From positions 160,001-224,000 of the forward strand of contig CAVPIW010000005.1 in the NCBI GenBank assembly GCA_963705105.1: 64,000 nt of DNA. Direction: 5' to 3'. Shown here one piece after another: positions 10,236 to 19,312 of this stretch (positions are counted from its first letter, which is position 1; each line of letters opens with the position of its first letter). The stretch comes from an uncultured Nitrospiraceae bacterium (GTDB lineage Bacteria; Nitrospirota; Thermodesulfovibrionia; Thermodesulfovibrionales; Dissulfurispiraceae). Made by a program: the position numbers and the translations under genes. Under the pieces are notes generated by a model. That model saw nothing but the letters and a program-made list of their open reading frames with translations, did not search any database and was not told the origin of the DNA.

Positions 10236-11021
10236 GTGCGGATTCGAAGACTCCTGTCACATCTTAACGTGCTCAATGTGGCTCTCCTGTCCGTCACGAT
10301 CCTCTTCGGGCTCTATGTCCTGATGCCCGCGCTGCAGAAAGAGGTGTCCTTTGTCCCTCCGCCGGCAAAAAAGCAGGACGATAGGGCAGAGCAGAAGGAT
10401 GAGCCTCCTCCTGCGTCTTCTCCCCTGGAATTTGCCATGATCGCGGACCAGAACCTCTTCCATCCCGAACGGAGGATTCCCCCCGAAAAAAAGGATGCCC
10501 CTCCGCCGTTGCCCAAGCCCGAGATCGTGCTCCACGGGACCCTCGTGACGGAAGAGGTGAGCGTCGCCTACATCGATGACATAAAGGCGCCCTACACGAC
10601 GCCCGGAAGGGGAAAGAGACTGAGAGCGATGAAGAAGGGTGAATCGCTGAGCGGTTTCGTCCTCAAGGAGATCGGCGAGGACAAGATCCTGCTCGTCAGG
10701 GGCGAGGAGCACATGGTCGTCACCCTGAACGACCCGTCGAAGCCCAAAGCGCGTGAAGGCGTGACGACAGCAACCCCGACACCGGCAGGAACCCAGCCCT
10801 CCGGCATAGCGACGCCTCAGCCGACGACTGCGCCGGCAACCCGCGCTTCAGGGGCGGCGACTTCAAGGTCACAGCCGCCACCGGCGACACCGGCAGGGCA
10901 GGCGACGGTGACAACGCCGCCGGCGGCGGCACCTGCTCAACCCGCACAGCCGGCGCCTCAGCCGGGTACGGGCGATGCGAGGAGGAACTTCCTCGACCTG
11001 CTAAGGAGGGGAGGAAAATAA
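10236..11021 (+). CDS. GspC/XpsN-like T2SS inner-membrane protein, copy 1, Thr/Pro-rich tail
   Basis: TM anchor, NLFHPERR, IVLHGTLV and KGESLSGFVLKEI (HR-domain-like). Position after gspM. Confidence 0.55.
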   Translation: MRIRRLLSHLNVLNVALLSVTILFGLYVLMPALQKEVSFVPPPAKKQDDRAEQKDEPPPASSPLEFAMIADQNLFHPERRIPPEKKDAPPPLPKPEIVLHGTLVTEEVSVAYIDDIKAPYTTPGRGKRLRAMKKGESLSGFVLKEIGEDKILLVRGEEHMVVTLNDPSKPKAREGVTTATPTPAGTQPSGIATPQPTTAPATRASGAATSRSQPPPATPAGQATVTTPPAAAPAQPAQPAPQPGTGDARRNFLDLLRRGGK

Positions 11022-11069
11022 AAAAGTCCCGCGCTTTTTACACGGGGCTTCGGCAAAGATCTTCCGCCG

Positions 11070-11948
11070 TTATTTCTTCGTCGGTGCGAGCAACTCCGTA
11101 TCCATAACCACACCGGCATCATCCATCGCTTTCTTGACGAACTCCTCGATTTTCGCCTTCCTCCTGTCCGCTGATATCTTTTCGCGGATCTTGTCCTTTA
11201 CCTTGTCCAAAGGCTCCAGGGTGGATTCTTTCTTTTCATCGACCTTAATGATATGGAATCCGAAGGGCGTTTCCACGACATCGCTCAGTTCCCCGGGCTT
11301 CAGCGAAAAGGCCGCCTTTTCAAACTCCGGCACCATTCTCCCTTTTGCAAAAAAGCCGAGATCTCCTCCCTTCGCCTTCGAGCCGGGATCGTCGGAGAAT
11401 TCAGCGGCGATCTTCGCGAAATCCTCGCCTCCCTTCAGCCTCTTGAGGAGACCTTCAGCCTTCTCTTTCGCCGCTTTCTTGGCCTCTTCCGGCGCTGTCT
11501 TGTCGACCTTCACGAGGATGTGCCTGGCCTTCACCATTTCGGGCGTCCTGAACTCCTCCTGGTGCGTCTTGTAATAGGCGTCGATGTCCTCGGCGGACAC
11601 ATCGATCTTTCCGATCACCTCTTTCTTGATATACTCAGTCATGAGAAAGTCATTCGTCAGCATGTCCAACTGTTCCATGACCTCAGGCCTCTTTGTGTAT
11701 CCCTGATCCCGCGCCATCTTGGAGATGACCATACCCTGCACGATCCGTTGCAGGATCGTCACTTTGAACTGGGGGTTCTGCTCGAGCATTTTCCGCCTTT
11801 CCGGATCATAGTACCCGAGCATCCGCTCAAGGTCTGCCATCGTGATTTGTTTGTCACTTACCTTGGCGAGCACCTTTTCCTCTGCCGCGTTCACGGCAGG
11901 AGCGACGGACAACGCGAGCAGGATCAACATAACAACAACCTTCTTCAT
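11070..11948 (-). CDS. PpiC/parvulin-type peptidyl-prolyl isomerase, exported, copy 1
   Basis: Signal peptide, [29 protein letters not shown] and [10 protein letters not shown]. Confidence 0.92.
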   Translation of the reverse strand: MKKVVVMLILLALSVAPAVNAAEEKVLAKVSDKQITMADLERMLGYYDPERRKMLEQNPQFKVTILQRIVQGMVISKMARDQGYTKRPEVMEQLDMLTNDFLMTEYIKKEVIGKIDVSAEDIDAYYKTHQEEFRTPEMVKARHILVKVDKTAPEEAKKAAKEKAEGLLKRLKGGEDFAKIAAEFSDDPGSKAKGGDLGFFAKGRMVPEFEKAAFSLKPGELSDVVETPFGFHIIKVDEKKESTLEPLDKVKDKIREKISADRRKAKIEEFVKKAMDDAGVVMDTELLAPTKK

Positions 11949-12236
11949 ACGAAAACCTCCCTGTCTGAGAATGCATCTTTAGAGTCATCGCAGCGAGGCT
12001 GCAGTATCCGGGCGGGGTTTCCCTCACACCTCGCGCCGGCAACTCAATTATTATGACACAATCGAGATGCGGGCCGCACAGTTGTCGTTGATTGACATTA
12101 TCGGCCGGAAAGCCGAGGGCGGTCGATCAATCTCAATTTCCCGTTTAAACCCGACACCCCTCAGAGACATCAAAACTGATATCAGCGCCGGATCAGGGCT
12201 TCGGGGAATGGCGTCAGCTGTTTATTATAACTGACT

Positions 12237-12262
12237 GTAGGGGCCGTTCCCCGAACGGCCCG
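12237..12262 (+). repeat. GTAG-type REP-like hairpin
   Basis: GTAG followed by GGGCCGTT-CCCCG-AACGGCCC. A similar core lies inside the larger hairpin at about 48491-48530. Confidence 0.5.
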
Positions 12263-12443
12263 ATATGATCCATGCACTCACACTCACACTGTTTTGATTA
12301 TATCCCTGACGGACTGTTAGAATGAATGAATCCTGCGGGTTTTTCAGCGGCACGCCTGACATGTCTGACGTGCCGATCATGTCAGACATGCCGAAAAACT
12401 CATGGTAAATCTCGGCAACAGTGCCCACCTCGGAGGCAAATAG

Positions 12444-13193
12444 GTGAGGATTCGAAAGCCCCTTTCGCATCTCAATATACTCAATGTGGCGCTCCTGTCC
12501 GTCGTTGTCCTTTTCGGCCTCTATGTCCTTCTGCCTGCACTGCAGAAGGAGGTGACCTTCGTCCCGCCGGCAGCCAAGAAGCAGGATGAAAAAGCGGCCG
12601 AAACGGACGAGGAGCTTCCGGCGCCGTCTCCCCTGGAATTCGCCCTGATTGCGGACCAGAACCTCTTCCATCCTGAACGGAGGATCCCCCCCGAAAAGAA
12701 GGATGCTCCTCCGCCGTTGCCCAAGCCCGAGATTGTGCTCCACGGGACCCTGGTGACGGAGGATATGAGCGTCGCGTACATCGATGACGTAAAAGCTCCT
12801 TACACGACGCCAGGGAGGGGAAAGAGGCTGAGGACTATGAAGAAGGGCGAATCGCTGAGCGGTTTCGTCCTCAAAGAGGTGGGCGAGGACAAGATCCTCC
12901 TTGTCAGGGGTGAAGAGCACATGGTCGTCACCCTGAACGACCCGTCGAAGCCCAAGGCACGCGAAGCAGCGCCGGCAGCCGCGCCCGCGCCTGCCGGCAT
13001 CCGGCCGGGAGCGGTCGGTCAGCCGCCGGCGCCGCCGTCCTCCGGGCAGAAGCCCCCGGCGGCAACGGCTCCGCAGCCGGCAGCCGCGCAGCCACCATCC
13101 GCGCAGGCCCCATCGAGGGCGCCTGCTGCCGTCGGAGGCGGAGACACGAAAAACACGTTCCTCGACGCTCTAAGAATGAGGAAACAGAGATAA
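12444..13193 (+). CDS. GspC/XpsN-like protein, copy 2, Ala/Pro-rich tail
   Basis: Near-identical to 10236-11021 over the first ~170 aa, with a divergent tail. Confidence 0.6.
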   Translation: MRIRKPLSHLNILNVALLSVVVLFGLYVLLPALQKEVTFVPPAAKKQDEKAAETDEELPAPSPLEFALIADQNLFHPERRIPPEKKDAPPPLPKPEIVLHGTLVTEDMSVAYIDDVKAPYTTPGRGKRLRTMKKGESLSGFVLKEVGEDKILLVRGEEHMVVTLNDPSKPKAREAAPAAAPAPAGIRPGAVGQPPAPPSSGQKPPAATAPQPAAAQPPSAQAPSRAPAAVGGGDTKNTFLDALRMRKQR

Positions 13194-13347
13194 AAGGACA
13201 TGAGCGTCTCCCGGAAATAGGTACACATCAACGTTGAATGGCCCACAACGAAAGGCAGGCTGAAGATGCCACCGAAAAGCCATTCGTCATTCATCGGCAA
13301 CCTGGACAGAGACCCCCTTCCACTGTCACTGTTACTGCCACTTTCTT

Positions 13348-14229
13348 TTATGGTTTTGTCGCGGGCATGAGCGGCGCCGTATTGAACTCGACCCTCGCAT
13401 CCTTCAGGGCCTTGTCCATGAAGTCCTGGATCTTGCCTTTTTTCATGTCATTGGAGACCTTTTCACGCACTTTGTCCTTGACCTTGTCATAAGGTTCGAC
13501 GACAGACTCTTTTTTATCGTCGACACGAATGATGTGAAACCCGAACGGCGTCTCGACGATGTCGCTGATCTCTCCGGCCTTGACAGAAAACGATGCATCC
13601 TCAAAGGGTTTCACCATTCTTCCCCTGGCGAAATAACCGAGATCGCCACCTTTCGCCTTCGATCCGGGATCATCGGAAACCTCTGATGCAAGCTTGGCGA
13701 AGTCTTCTCCCGCCTTGACCCTTTTCAGCACATCCGCAGCTTTGCCCCGTGCTTTTTCCTTTTCATCGGCAGTGGCGCTCTTGTCGACCTTGATGAGTAT
13801 GTGGCTCGCTTTCACCATTTCCGGTGTCCTGAACTCGTTCAGATGAGTTTTATAATACAGGTTCGTATCCTCTTCCGTTACATCTATTTTGGCGATTATC
13901 TCCCTCCTGACGTATTCCTGGGAAAGAAAATCATCGGAGAGCAGGTCCAGTTGCTCTTTCACGTCATCGATCTTTTCAAACCCCTTTCCCTTTGCAATTC
14001 TTCCGACCACCCTCCCCTGGACGATTCGGCGAAGCAGGGTTTCCCTGCGCTGGGGGCTCTCCTGAAACATCTTCCGTTGATTCTGGTCATAATAGCCGAT
14101 GATCCTGTTCAGATCGGAGAGCTTTATCTGTTCGTCACCGATCTTTGCGAGAACAGGATCGTCAGAGGCAAAAACAGGGACACAGGACAGCGCAATCACG
14201 ACAAACATAACCATTAACATCCGCTTCAT
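13348..14229 (-). CDS. PpiC/parvulin-type peptidyl-prolyl isomerase, exported, copy 2
   Basis: GGAGG RBS, signal peptide [30 protein letters not shown] and ETPFGFHII. Confidence 0.9.
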   Translation of the reverse strand: MKRMLMVMFVVIALSCVPVFASDDPVLAKIGDEQIKLSDLNRIIGYYDQNQRKMFQESPQRRETLLRRIVQGRVVGRIAKGKGFEKIDDVKEQLDLLSDDFLSQEYVRREIIAKIDVTEEDTNLYYKTHLNEFRTPEMVKASHILIKVDKSATADEKEKARGKAADVLKRVKAGEDFAKLASEVSDDPGSKAKGGDLGYFARGRMVKPFEDASFSVKAGEISDIVETPFGFHIIRVDDKKESVVEPYDKVKDKVREKVSNDMKKGKIQDFMDKALKDARVEFNTAPLMPATKP

Positions 14230-14347
14230 TTCAATCCTCCGGATATTTCTTGAAATAACACCGTGCCCGCCCTCCTGTATTGATTTCACGCAGTGGAGGG
14301 CAAACATTACTGACGACCTCGCAAAAAAGCCTTACATAGCACTATTC

Positions 14348-14560
14348 TGTCATTCCCGTGCAGACGGGGATCCAGTATTTTGAGGCAGTTCCTTATAGTC
14401 TGGATACCCGCTCCCCGCTTACTATCCGCGGGGACGGGTATGACGACTTTCTACGAATCCATACAGTATTGAACCATGCAAAACTCATGTTCTGCGCTTT
14501 GTCATTCCGGCTCGTCCGGAATCTTTCTTTGAGAAGGACTCCCGACAAGCGGGAGTGACA
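14348..14560. repeat. Two GTCATTCC-type palindromic elements (14348-14444 and 14500-14560)
   Basis: TGTCATTCCCG...CGGGTATGAC and TGTCATTCCGG...GGGAGTGACA. The second closely resembles 5637-5718. Confidence 0.75.
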
Positions 14561-14723
14561 GGAAACAGGTCATTTGTTCTGCAGAAATCATTAGCCGCAT
14601 AGGGACTTTTTGTCCTATTGCGAATGAGGAGCGGGAAAAACTTGCCGGACCGCCGACTATTCCGTCGGTCGGTCCGGCTGAATTTGAAGCGCAGTCTTAA
14701 GAAAGTTACAGCTTACCCTGGTT

Positions 14724-16661
14724 TTACCAGAAGACCTCGAAAGACGCCGGGCAGTTACCGAGTACATTGCAGTCCGCGTCACCGATGGTCAATCTCGTTC
14801 TGCTCTGAAACTGCGTCAGGGTATTCACCAACATGATGAAGTAGCAACCCTGAGGATTATCAGGCACCCCATAGATCTCGTTGAATTCAAAAGAGGCATC
14901 TCCGATCTGATAGTACAGGTCGTCACGGGCTCTCAGAGGGCTCCATGTGCCTGAGGAAGCGGTCCACCTCGAATTTCCGTTCGCCGCTATATAGTCCTTC
15001 ACGAGATTGTAATCCGCCATGACGGGGACGCCGCTCTCGCAGGCCGGTCCGGCGTATTTGATAATCATGTCGATGTTGCCGCCTTCCGTTTGAACCATAT
15101 TGGCGAGACCTATCTGCAATGCCTGCCCCTGCCCCACAGGCATGGACATATACTTAAAGGTCCGAATGCCGTTAGGTGACATGCTGAAATAATTTACGCT
15201 CATATTCGTCACCTCAGGGATGGTGGCGTCCGCACTGACGACGGTGATCGTGATCGGTATGGTCCGCGGGGTCCCGATGGCCGGAGCGATCGTAATACTG
15301 CCCGTATAGGTCCCGACCGCGAGATGGGCACTGTTAAACGTAATGGAAAGATCTCCCGTTCCCGCAGCGTTGACCGCAGGCGTCACGATCACAGCAGGCG
15401 ACACCGGCACCGAAGAGGCATCCTTTATCGGGTCGACGGCGGTCACCGTGTAGGCAATTCTTGCCTGGCAGTTGTTCTGTATCGTTAGTGCAGCAGCATT
15501 CGCATTCGTGCCGGCCGTGATGGTCTGCGCTACGCTCAGCGGGAAAATCTGTGCCGATGTGGGCTCACAGACACCGGTTATCGTCAACACCACGTCGATG
15601 CTCCTCGTAAGGGACCCCGATGAAATATTTATGGTCCCGGTGTATGTGCCCGGAGACAACGCCGACGTATTAACCGCGCCTATCGTGAGCGTCCCGAAAC
15701 CGCTGGGAGTCACACTGAGCCATGAACTCGCAGTCGATGCGCTGTACGAGACCGCATTTCCGCAATTGTCACTGACCTGAACACTCGTCGACGGGGTTTC
15801 ACCGGCGGCCGCGCTCAGCCCGACCGGAGCCGGCCAGACGCTCATAGACGTGGGAGTACAGGTAGTCGGCGGCGTCGTCCCTCCGCAGTTGCCGATTATG
15901 CAGAGATCCTTGACAGTCATTGTCACAGGCATCTGCCTCGTCGTCCCCGCCGCAGTGATCGTGATTACGCCGGAATAGGTGCCCGAAGTGCGGTGCCCGT
16001 TCAGGGTCACCTCCAGCAGTCCGGTCTGCCTGACCAGGGTCATCCATTCCGCCGATGATGTAGCGCTGAATTCAAGGGCCTTATTGCACGAATCATTTAC
16101 AGGGATTTGTATTTTTTTCGTCCCGTACCAATCGACGCTTTCGTTCAATGAGGCGGGGTTGACAACAAGTGTACAGTCCGTCGGGGTTGGAGGAGGAGGC
16201 TGCACACCGCCCTTGACGATGACCACTCTTCGCGGCTCGGCACAGTCCGCGCCGCCTGAGAGCGTTCCGTCAACACTGCCGTCCATGCAAATATTAATAT
16301 AAAAGTCACTCATGCCAAAGGTCGTTTCAAAAGCGCGCCACTGCGCGTTGACATACTGGACCATCGTTGCGGCGCCCAGCGGCACCATCGTCGCGATGTC
16401 GGTAAAAGGCACCCACCCGGTCGCATCAAGGTACCCCCTCGTCAAGGGGTCCCGGACGTCCTCAACCCACACAAACAGCTCAATAGGACTTCCCGCCAAA
16501 AACGTTCCTTCCAGAAAGATAGGGACAATCAAAGGCTCACCCTCGTTCACCGTGATATCGGCGGGGAAATCATTCAGATACACTGCCGCCTGAAGTCCCC
16601 CTGTTATGATCAGGCTGAAAACAAAGACCGTCAATACGACCCACAACCTTTTAACCCTCAT
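14724..16661 (-). CDS. Secreted protein with three BACON/Ig-like repeats
   Basis: GGAGGT RBS and signal peptide. Three repeats ending GTY(S/T)GxITI/INI, W-containing SWLSV/EWMTL strands and a Cys pair per repeat. Confidence 0.75.
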   Translation of the reverse strand: MRVKRLWVVLTVFVFSLIITGGLQAAVYLNDFPADITVNEGEPLIVPIFLEGTFLAGSPIELFVWVEDVRDPLTRGYLDATGWVPFTDIATMVPLGAATMVQYVNAQWRAFETTFGMSDFYINICMDGSVDGTLSGGADCAEPRRVVIVKGGVQPPPPTPTDCTLVVNPASLNESVDWYGTKKIQIPVNDSCNKALEFSATSSAEWMTLVRQTGLLEVTLNGHRTSGTYSGVITITAAGTTRQMPVTMTVKDLCIIGNCGGTTPPTTCTPTSMSVWPAPVGLSAAAGETPSTSVQVSDNCGNAVSYSASTASSWLSVTPSGFGTLTIGAVNTSALSPGTYTGTINISSGSLTRSIDVVLTITGVCEPTSAQIFPLSVAQTITAGTNANAAALTIQNNCQARIAYTVTAVDPIKDASSVPVSPAVIVTPAVNAAGTGDLSITFNSAHLAVGTYTGSITIAPAIGTPRTIPITITVVSADATIPEVTNMSVNYFSMSPNGIRTFKYMSMPVGQGQALQIGLANMVQTEGGNIDMIIKYAGPACESGVPVMADYNLVKDYIAANGNSRWTASSGTWSPLRARDDLYYQIGDASFEFNEIYGVPDNPQGCYFIMLVNTLTQFQSRTRLTIGDADCNVLGNCPASFEVFW

Positions 16662-16693
16662 ACGAACCTCCCTATGTTCGGTCATATATTTAT

Positions 16694-16723
16694 ATTATAG
16701 TTTTACTTGCAAAGTCTATGCAA
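16694..16723 (-). promoter_or_regulatory. Sigma70-type promoter of the BACON protein gene
   Basis: TTGCAT-N18-TATAAT on the minus strand, ~30 nt before the start. Confidence 0.6.
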
Positions 16724-16973
16724 GCTCGATTCTATCTTTCTTCATTATCGTAAATCGGCCTGTAATCTTAATCTGTCGGCCTGTGCACCGAGAAAGACCG
16801 AAAACCGGCCGATCGAATGTATGGAAACATCTTCGCCTGTGTGTTCCATTTCGGAATCAAGACCTCGCCGCGATTCCAATAGGAGTATCGATGCCGTAAC
16901 AATTACGTCCCATTGAAGGCTAATGAATGTGTCCGTGATGCCCAAAGTTCTCGTTACTGTTTGAAGTGCGCGC

Positions 16974-17007
16974 AAAAAAAGAGGTGAGGGAAGACCCTCA
17001 CCTCTTT
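16974..17007 (-). terminator. Strong intrinsic terminator after the putative S-layer gene
   Basis: 13-bp perfect stem AAAGAGGTGAGGG/CCCTCACCTCTTT with a 4-nt loop and a T-tract on the minus strand. Confidence 0.88.
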
Positions 17008-17041
17008 CCTGAGTCATGTGCGACTGCACGACGTCCTACAA

Positions 17042-18454
17042 CTAAGGAGTCGTGGGCTGCAGCAATCCGTTGATCGTGGTGGTGTACATGAGCGGGAGCA
17101 TCTGGGTCAGCGGTGAATTCAGGAAGCCCTGAAGCTCATAGCTGATCACGGGGAGTCCCGTTGTGCCAACGCTGCCGATTGTCGTCGTTCTGCCAAGGAC
17201 AGTGGTGAAGTCGATGTCGACCCTGCCGAGCTCGAAGGCTGCGGGAACGACCGGCGTGTTAGCCTGATCAAGTGTGGTGTTCATAAGCGGCGCGCCGCTT
17301 GTGCCGAGTATGAAGAGGCTGACCTCGTCACACTTCTGGACCTGCTGCTGCTGGCCCGGTGAGAATCCGACGGTGGCGCCGGGGGTGTTCTCCGCGTCGT
17401 CCCAAATGCGGACTCCGACGGTCTCGCAACGGGCTGCGGCGTTACCGATCGCGCCTGTCGTTGCGTCGATCACAGCTGCGTCATTGAACGGACCGTTTGC
17501 ATTCGGCAGAGGATCGAGCTCGATGCTCAGTCTCTTCGTCGGGAAGGTGTTGATGATGATCGTTTCGCCGTCCAGTATGTTCTCGAGGTCATAAAGGGCG
17601 AACTCGAGAGACTTGGTCAGCACGAAGTTGACTGCAACGAGACCTTCTGTCGCATCGCTCAGCCGCGGAGGATCGTCAGTGGCGAGGCCGGGGTTCACGA
17701 CGATGGTGTTGCGGAAATTGGCAAGCGCCGTTGCATTGTAGGCGTAGGCCCCAAAAGCGTCGTCATTGAGGTTGAAGATCGTGCTGGTGCCCGCAAGGAC
17801 GTTCGGCACGTCGATGCGCGCAACAGGCGTGAAGGTCGTGTCATTGGCGTTCGGAAGACCGAGCTGCTCGCCGCAAGCCTGAGGAGTCTTGACGACCTTG
17901 TTAACGCCGGGCAGAGGATCGGCCCATGCGGAGACGCCGATCATCTCGAAATAGCCTTCCTTGGTGTCGTCAGGTGTGACGGCCGTACCGCCTGCCGTGC
18001 TGAAAGGAACGGTTGCCAGTATGTTGTTCGTCACATCGTTGTCGCCCTGGGGATCGGGGAATGTGGGCGTGTCATTGTCATACCACACAATGTTCCCGAC
18101 CGCTGCAGTGCCGACCAGGTCGGTGACCCAGGCGGTCCACTGGTCGCCGGCGCTGAGGCAGATGTAGAAGTCGAGGACTTCGATGCTGTCCTCACCTTCC
18201 CTGAACCTCACCTTGACGCCGACACCCGTCTGGGTGGCGGTGTTCACGACGCGGATAAAGTTCAGGCTGCCCCTTGCATTGTAATAGCCGTAAATAAGTG
18301 CGTCGCCCAGGCCACCGGGGTTCACAAAAATGGCTGTAGGAGACGCCGGCCCGGCATTATTCGCCAGACCGTCGACCTGAGCTGCCTGTGCTGTGCCGAA
18401 AGCGAAAATGCCGATCGCAACAAGCAAGACGGTTATTAAGCTCTTCCTCAACAT
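17042..18454 (-). CDS. Putative S-layer / cell-surface protein (470 aa)
   Basis: Sec signal (AQA|A), strong AAAGGAGG RBS, A/T/G/N/D/V-rich acidic composition and its own terminator. The block VNPGGLGDALIYGYY...VVNT...VKVRFREG..S.EVLDF...LS..D.WTA is recalled from proteobacterial 'cell surface protein' families (recall, not a search result). Confidence 0.62.
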   Translation of the reverse strand: MLRKSLITVLLVAIGIFAFGTAQAAQVDGLANNAGPASPTAIFVNPGGLGDALIYGYYNARGSLNFIRVVNTATQTGVGVKVRFREGEDSIEVLDFYICLSAGDQWTAWVTDLVGTAAVGNIVWYDNDTPTFPDPQGDNDVTNNILATVPFSTAGGTAVTPDDTKEGYFEMIGVSAWADPLPGVNKVVKTPQACGEQLGLPNANDTTFTPVARIDVPNVLAGTSTIFNLNDDAFGAYAYNATALANFRNTIVVNPGLATDDPPRLSDATEGLVAVNFVLTKSLEFALYDLENILDGETIIINTFPTKRLSIELDPLPNANGPFNDAAVIDATTGAIGNAAARCETVGVRIWDDAENTPGATVGFSPGQQQQVQKCDEVSLFILGTSGAPLMNTTLDQANTPVVPAAFELGRVDIDFTTVLGRTTTIGSVGTTGLPVISYELQGFLNSPLTQMLPLMYTTTINGLLQPTTP

Positions 18455-18559
18455 TTTTCCTCCTTTTCTCTTAGTCAAAAACTTCTCGCCGGCAACGCCG
18501 GCTAATACATATATATCATCAGATCCCTTCGCTGCTCTCCGACGCCATCACCTCCTTCT

Positions 18560-19009
18560 TCATTGATTTTCCCCCCCTTTGATGGAATTCGACTGAGAGG
18601 GGACATGATACCATTTGCTATCGATCCTTGCCCAGTGATCTGTCCTGTCGATGTCGTGCGTAAACGGCGCAGCGCCAGGAGCCTTCACCGTCAGATTCAT
18701 CCTGAGCTTCACCTGGGCGGAATCGTCGCTGTCATAACTTATATTTTCGATCGTAAAGCCGTTAATCTTTACATGGGGATTCGAATTTTTCTTGATGTAA
18801 TTCACCAGAGTCATCTGCTTTTTATACAAAGGGTATTCCATCTCATACGTTTTATCCAGCTCTTCCCTCGTCTTGTGCTGCCAATATGTCTCGATTCTAC
18901 CGCGCAGTTCCTCTGCTGAGCCGATTCTTACAGCCTCTTTTGTACCACATCCCGCAAAAATAATCAAGAAAAAAATCGCCGCAATGAGTGATTTGCCGCT
19001 CTTCCACAA
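18560..19009 (-). CDS. Lipoprotein of unknown function upstream of the S-layer candidate
   Basis: Lipobox FAG|C after a hydrophobic stretch. C-terminal DHWARIDSKWYHV. TTG start inferred. Confidence 0.7.
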   Translation of the reverse strand: MWKSGKSLIAAIFFLIIFAGCGTKEAVRIGSAEELRGRIETYWQHKTREELDKTYEMEYPLYKKQMTLVNYIKKNSNPHVKINGFTIENISYDSDDSAQVKLRMNLTVKAPGAAPFTHDIDRTDHWARIDSKWYHVPSQSNSIKGGENQ

Positions 19010-19052
19010 CCCCACTGACCCTCTAAACCTGCGGCTGTCATATGTTCTAAAC

Positions 19053-19081
19053 AATATACAAGAAGCCATTCCCTATGTCAA
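19053..19081 (-). promoter_or_regulatory. Near-consensus sigma70 promoter
   Basis: TTGACA-N17-TATATT on the minus strand with an upstream A-tract. Confidence 0.8.
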
Positions 19082-19155
19082 GCCTTTTTTAAGCTATGTA
19101 CCACAATATTTTCTTATACACCGATAAATAAAAATACCAACTCCATAAGTTATTT

Positions 19156-19171
19156 AGCAATTTCGGGGCCA
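19156..19171 (-). promoter_or_regulatory. Sigma54 (-24/-12) promoter
   Basis: TGGCCC-CGAAA-TTGCT on the minus strand gives exact GG-N10-GC spacing. Confidence 0.72.
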
Positions 19172-19176
19172 TTCCA

Positions 19177-19261
19177 TAACATATTGATCTACATTATTCA
19201 TTCAATGTCCTGCCCGGCGAAAGTGTGTAGTTTTTGACATGAGGTGTGTATTTTTTACACT
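19177..19261 (-). promoter_or_regulatory. IHF-like site and two tandem enhancer (UAS)-like boxes
   Basis: gATCAAtatgTTA against the consensus WATCAANNNNTTR. Direct repeats GTGTGTAGTTTTTGACA and GTGTGTATTTTTTACAC; the second contains a GTGTA/TACAC palindrome. Confidence 0.55.
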
Positions 19262-19312
19262 CCATATTTACAGAACATCCCGGCATCCCGCGCCTGCGCA
19301 CTCCCTCTCCTG

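Noticed and set aside
11950..12060. Riboswitch in the 5' UTR of parvulin copy 1
   Set aside because: GC-rich hairpins are possible, but no recognisable aptamer consensus is present.
17042..17120. PEP-CTERM or beta-barrel sorting signal on the S-layer candidate
   Set aside because: The C-terminus (GLLQPTTP) has no PEP-TM-basic motif and no terminal aromatic residue. No exosortase is in the window.
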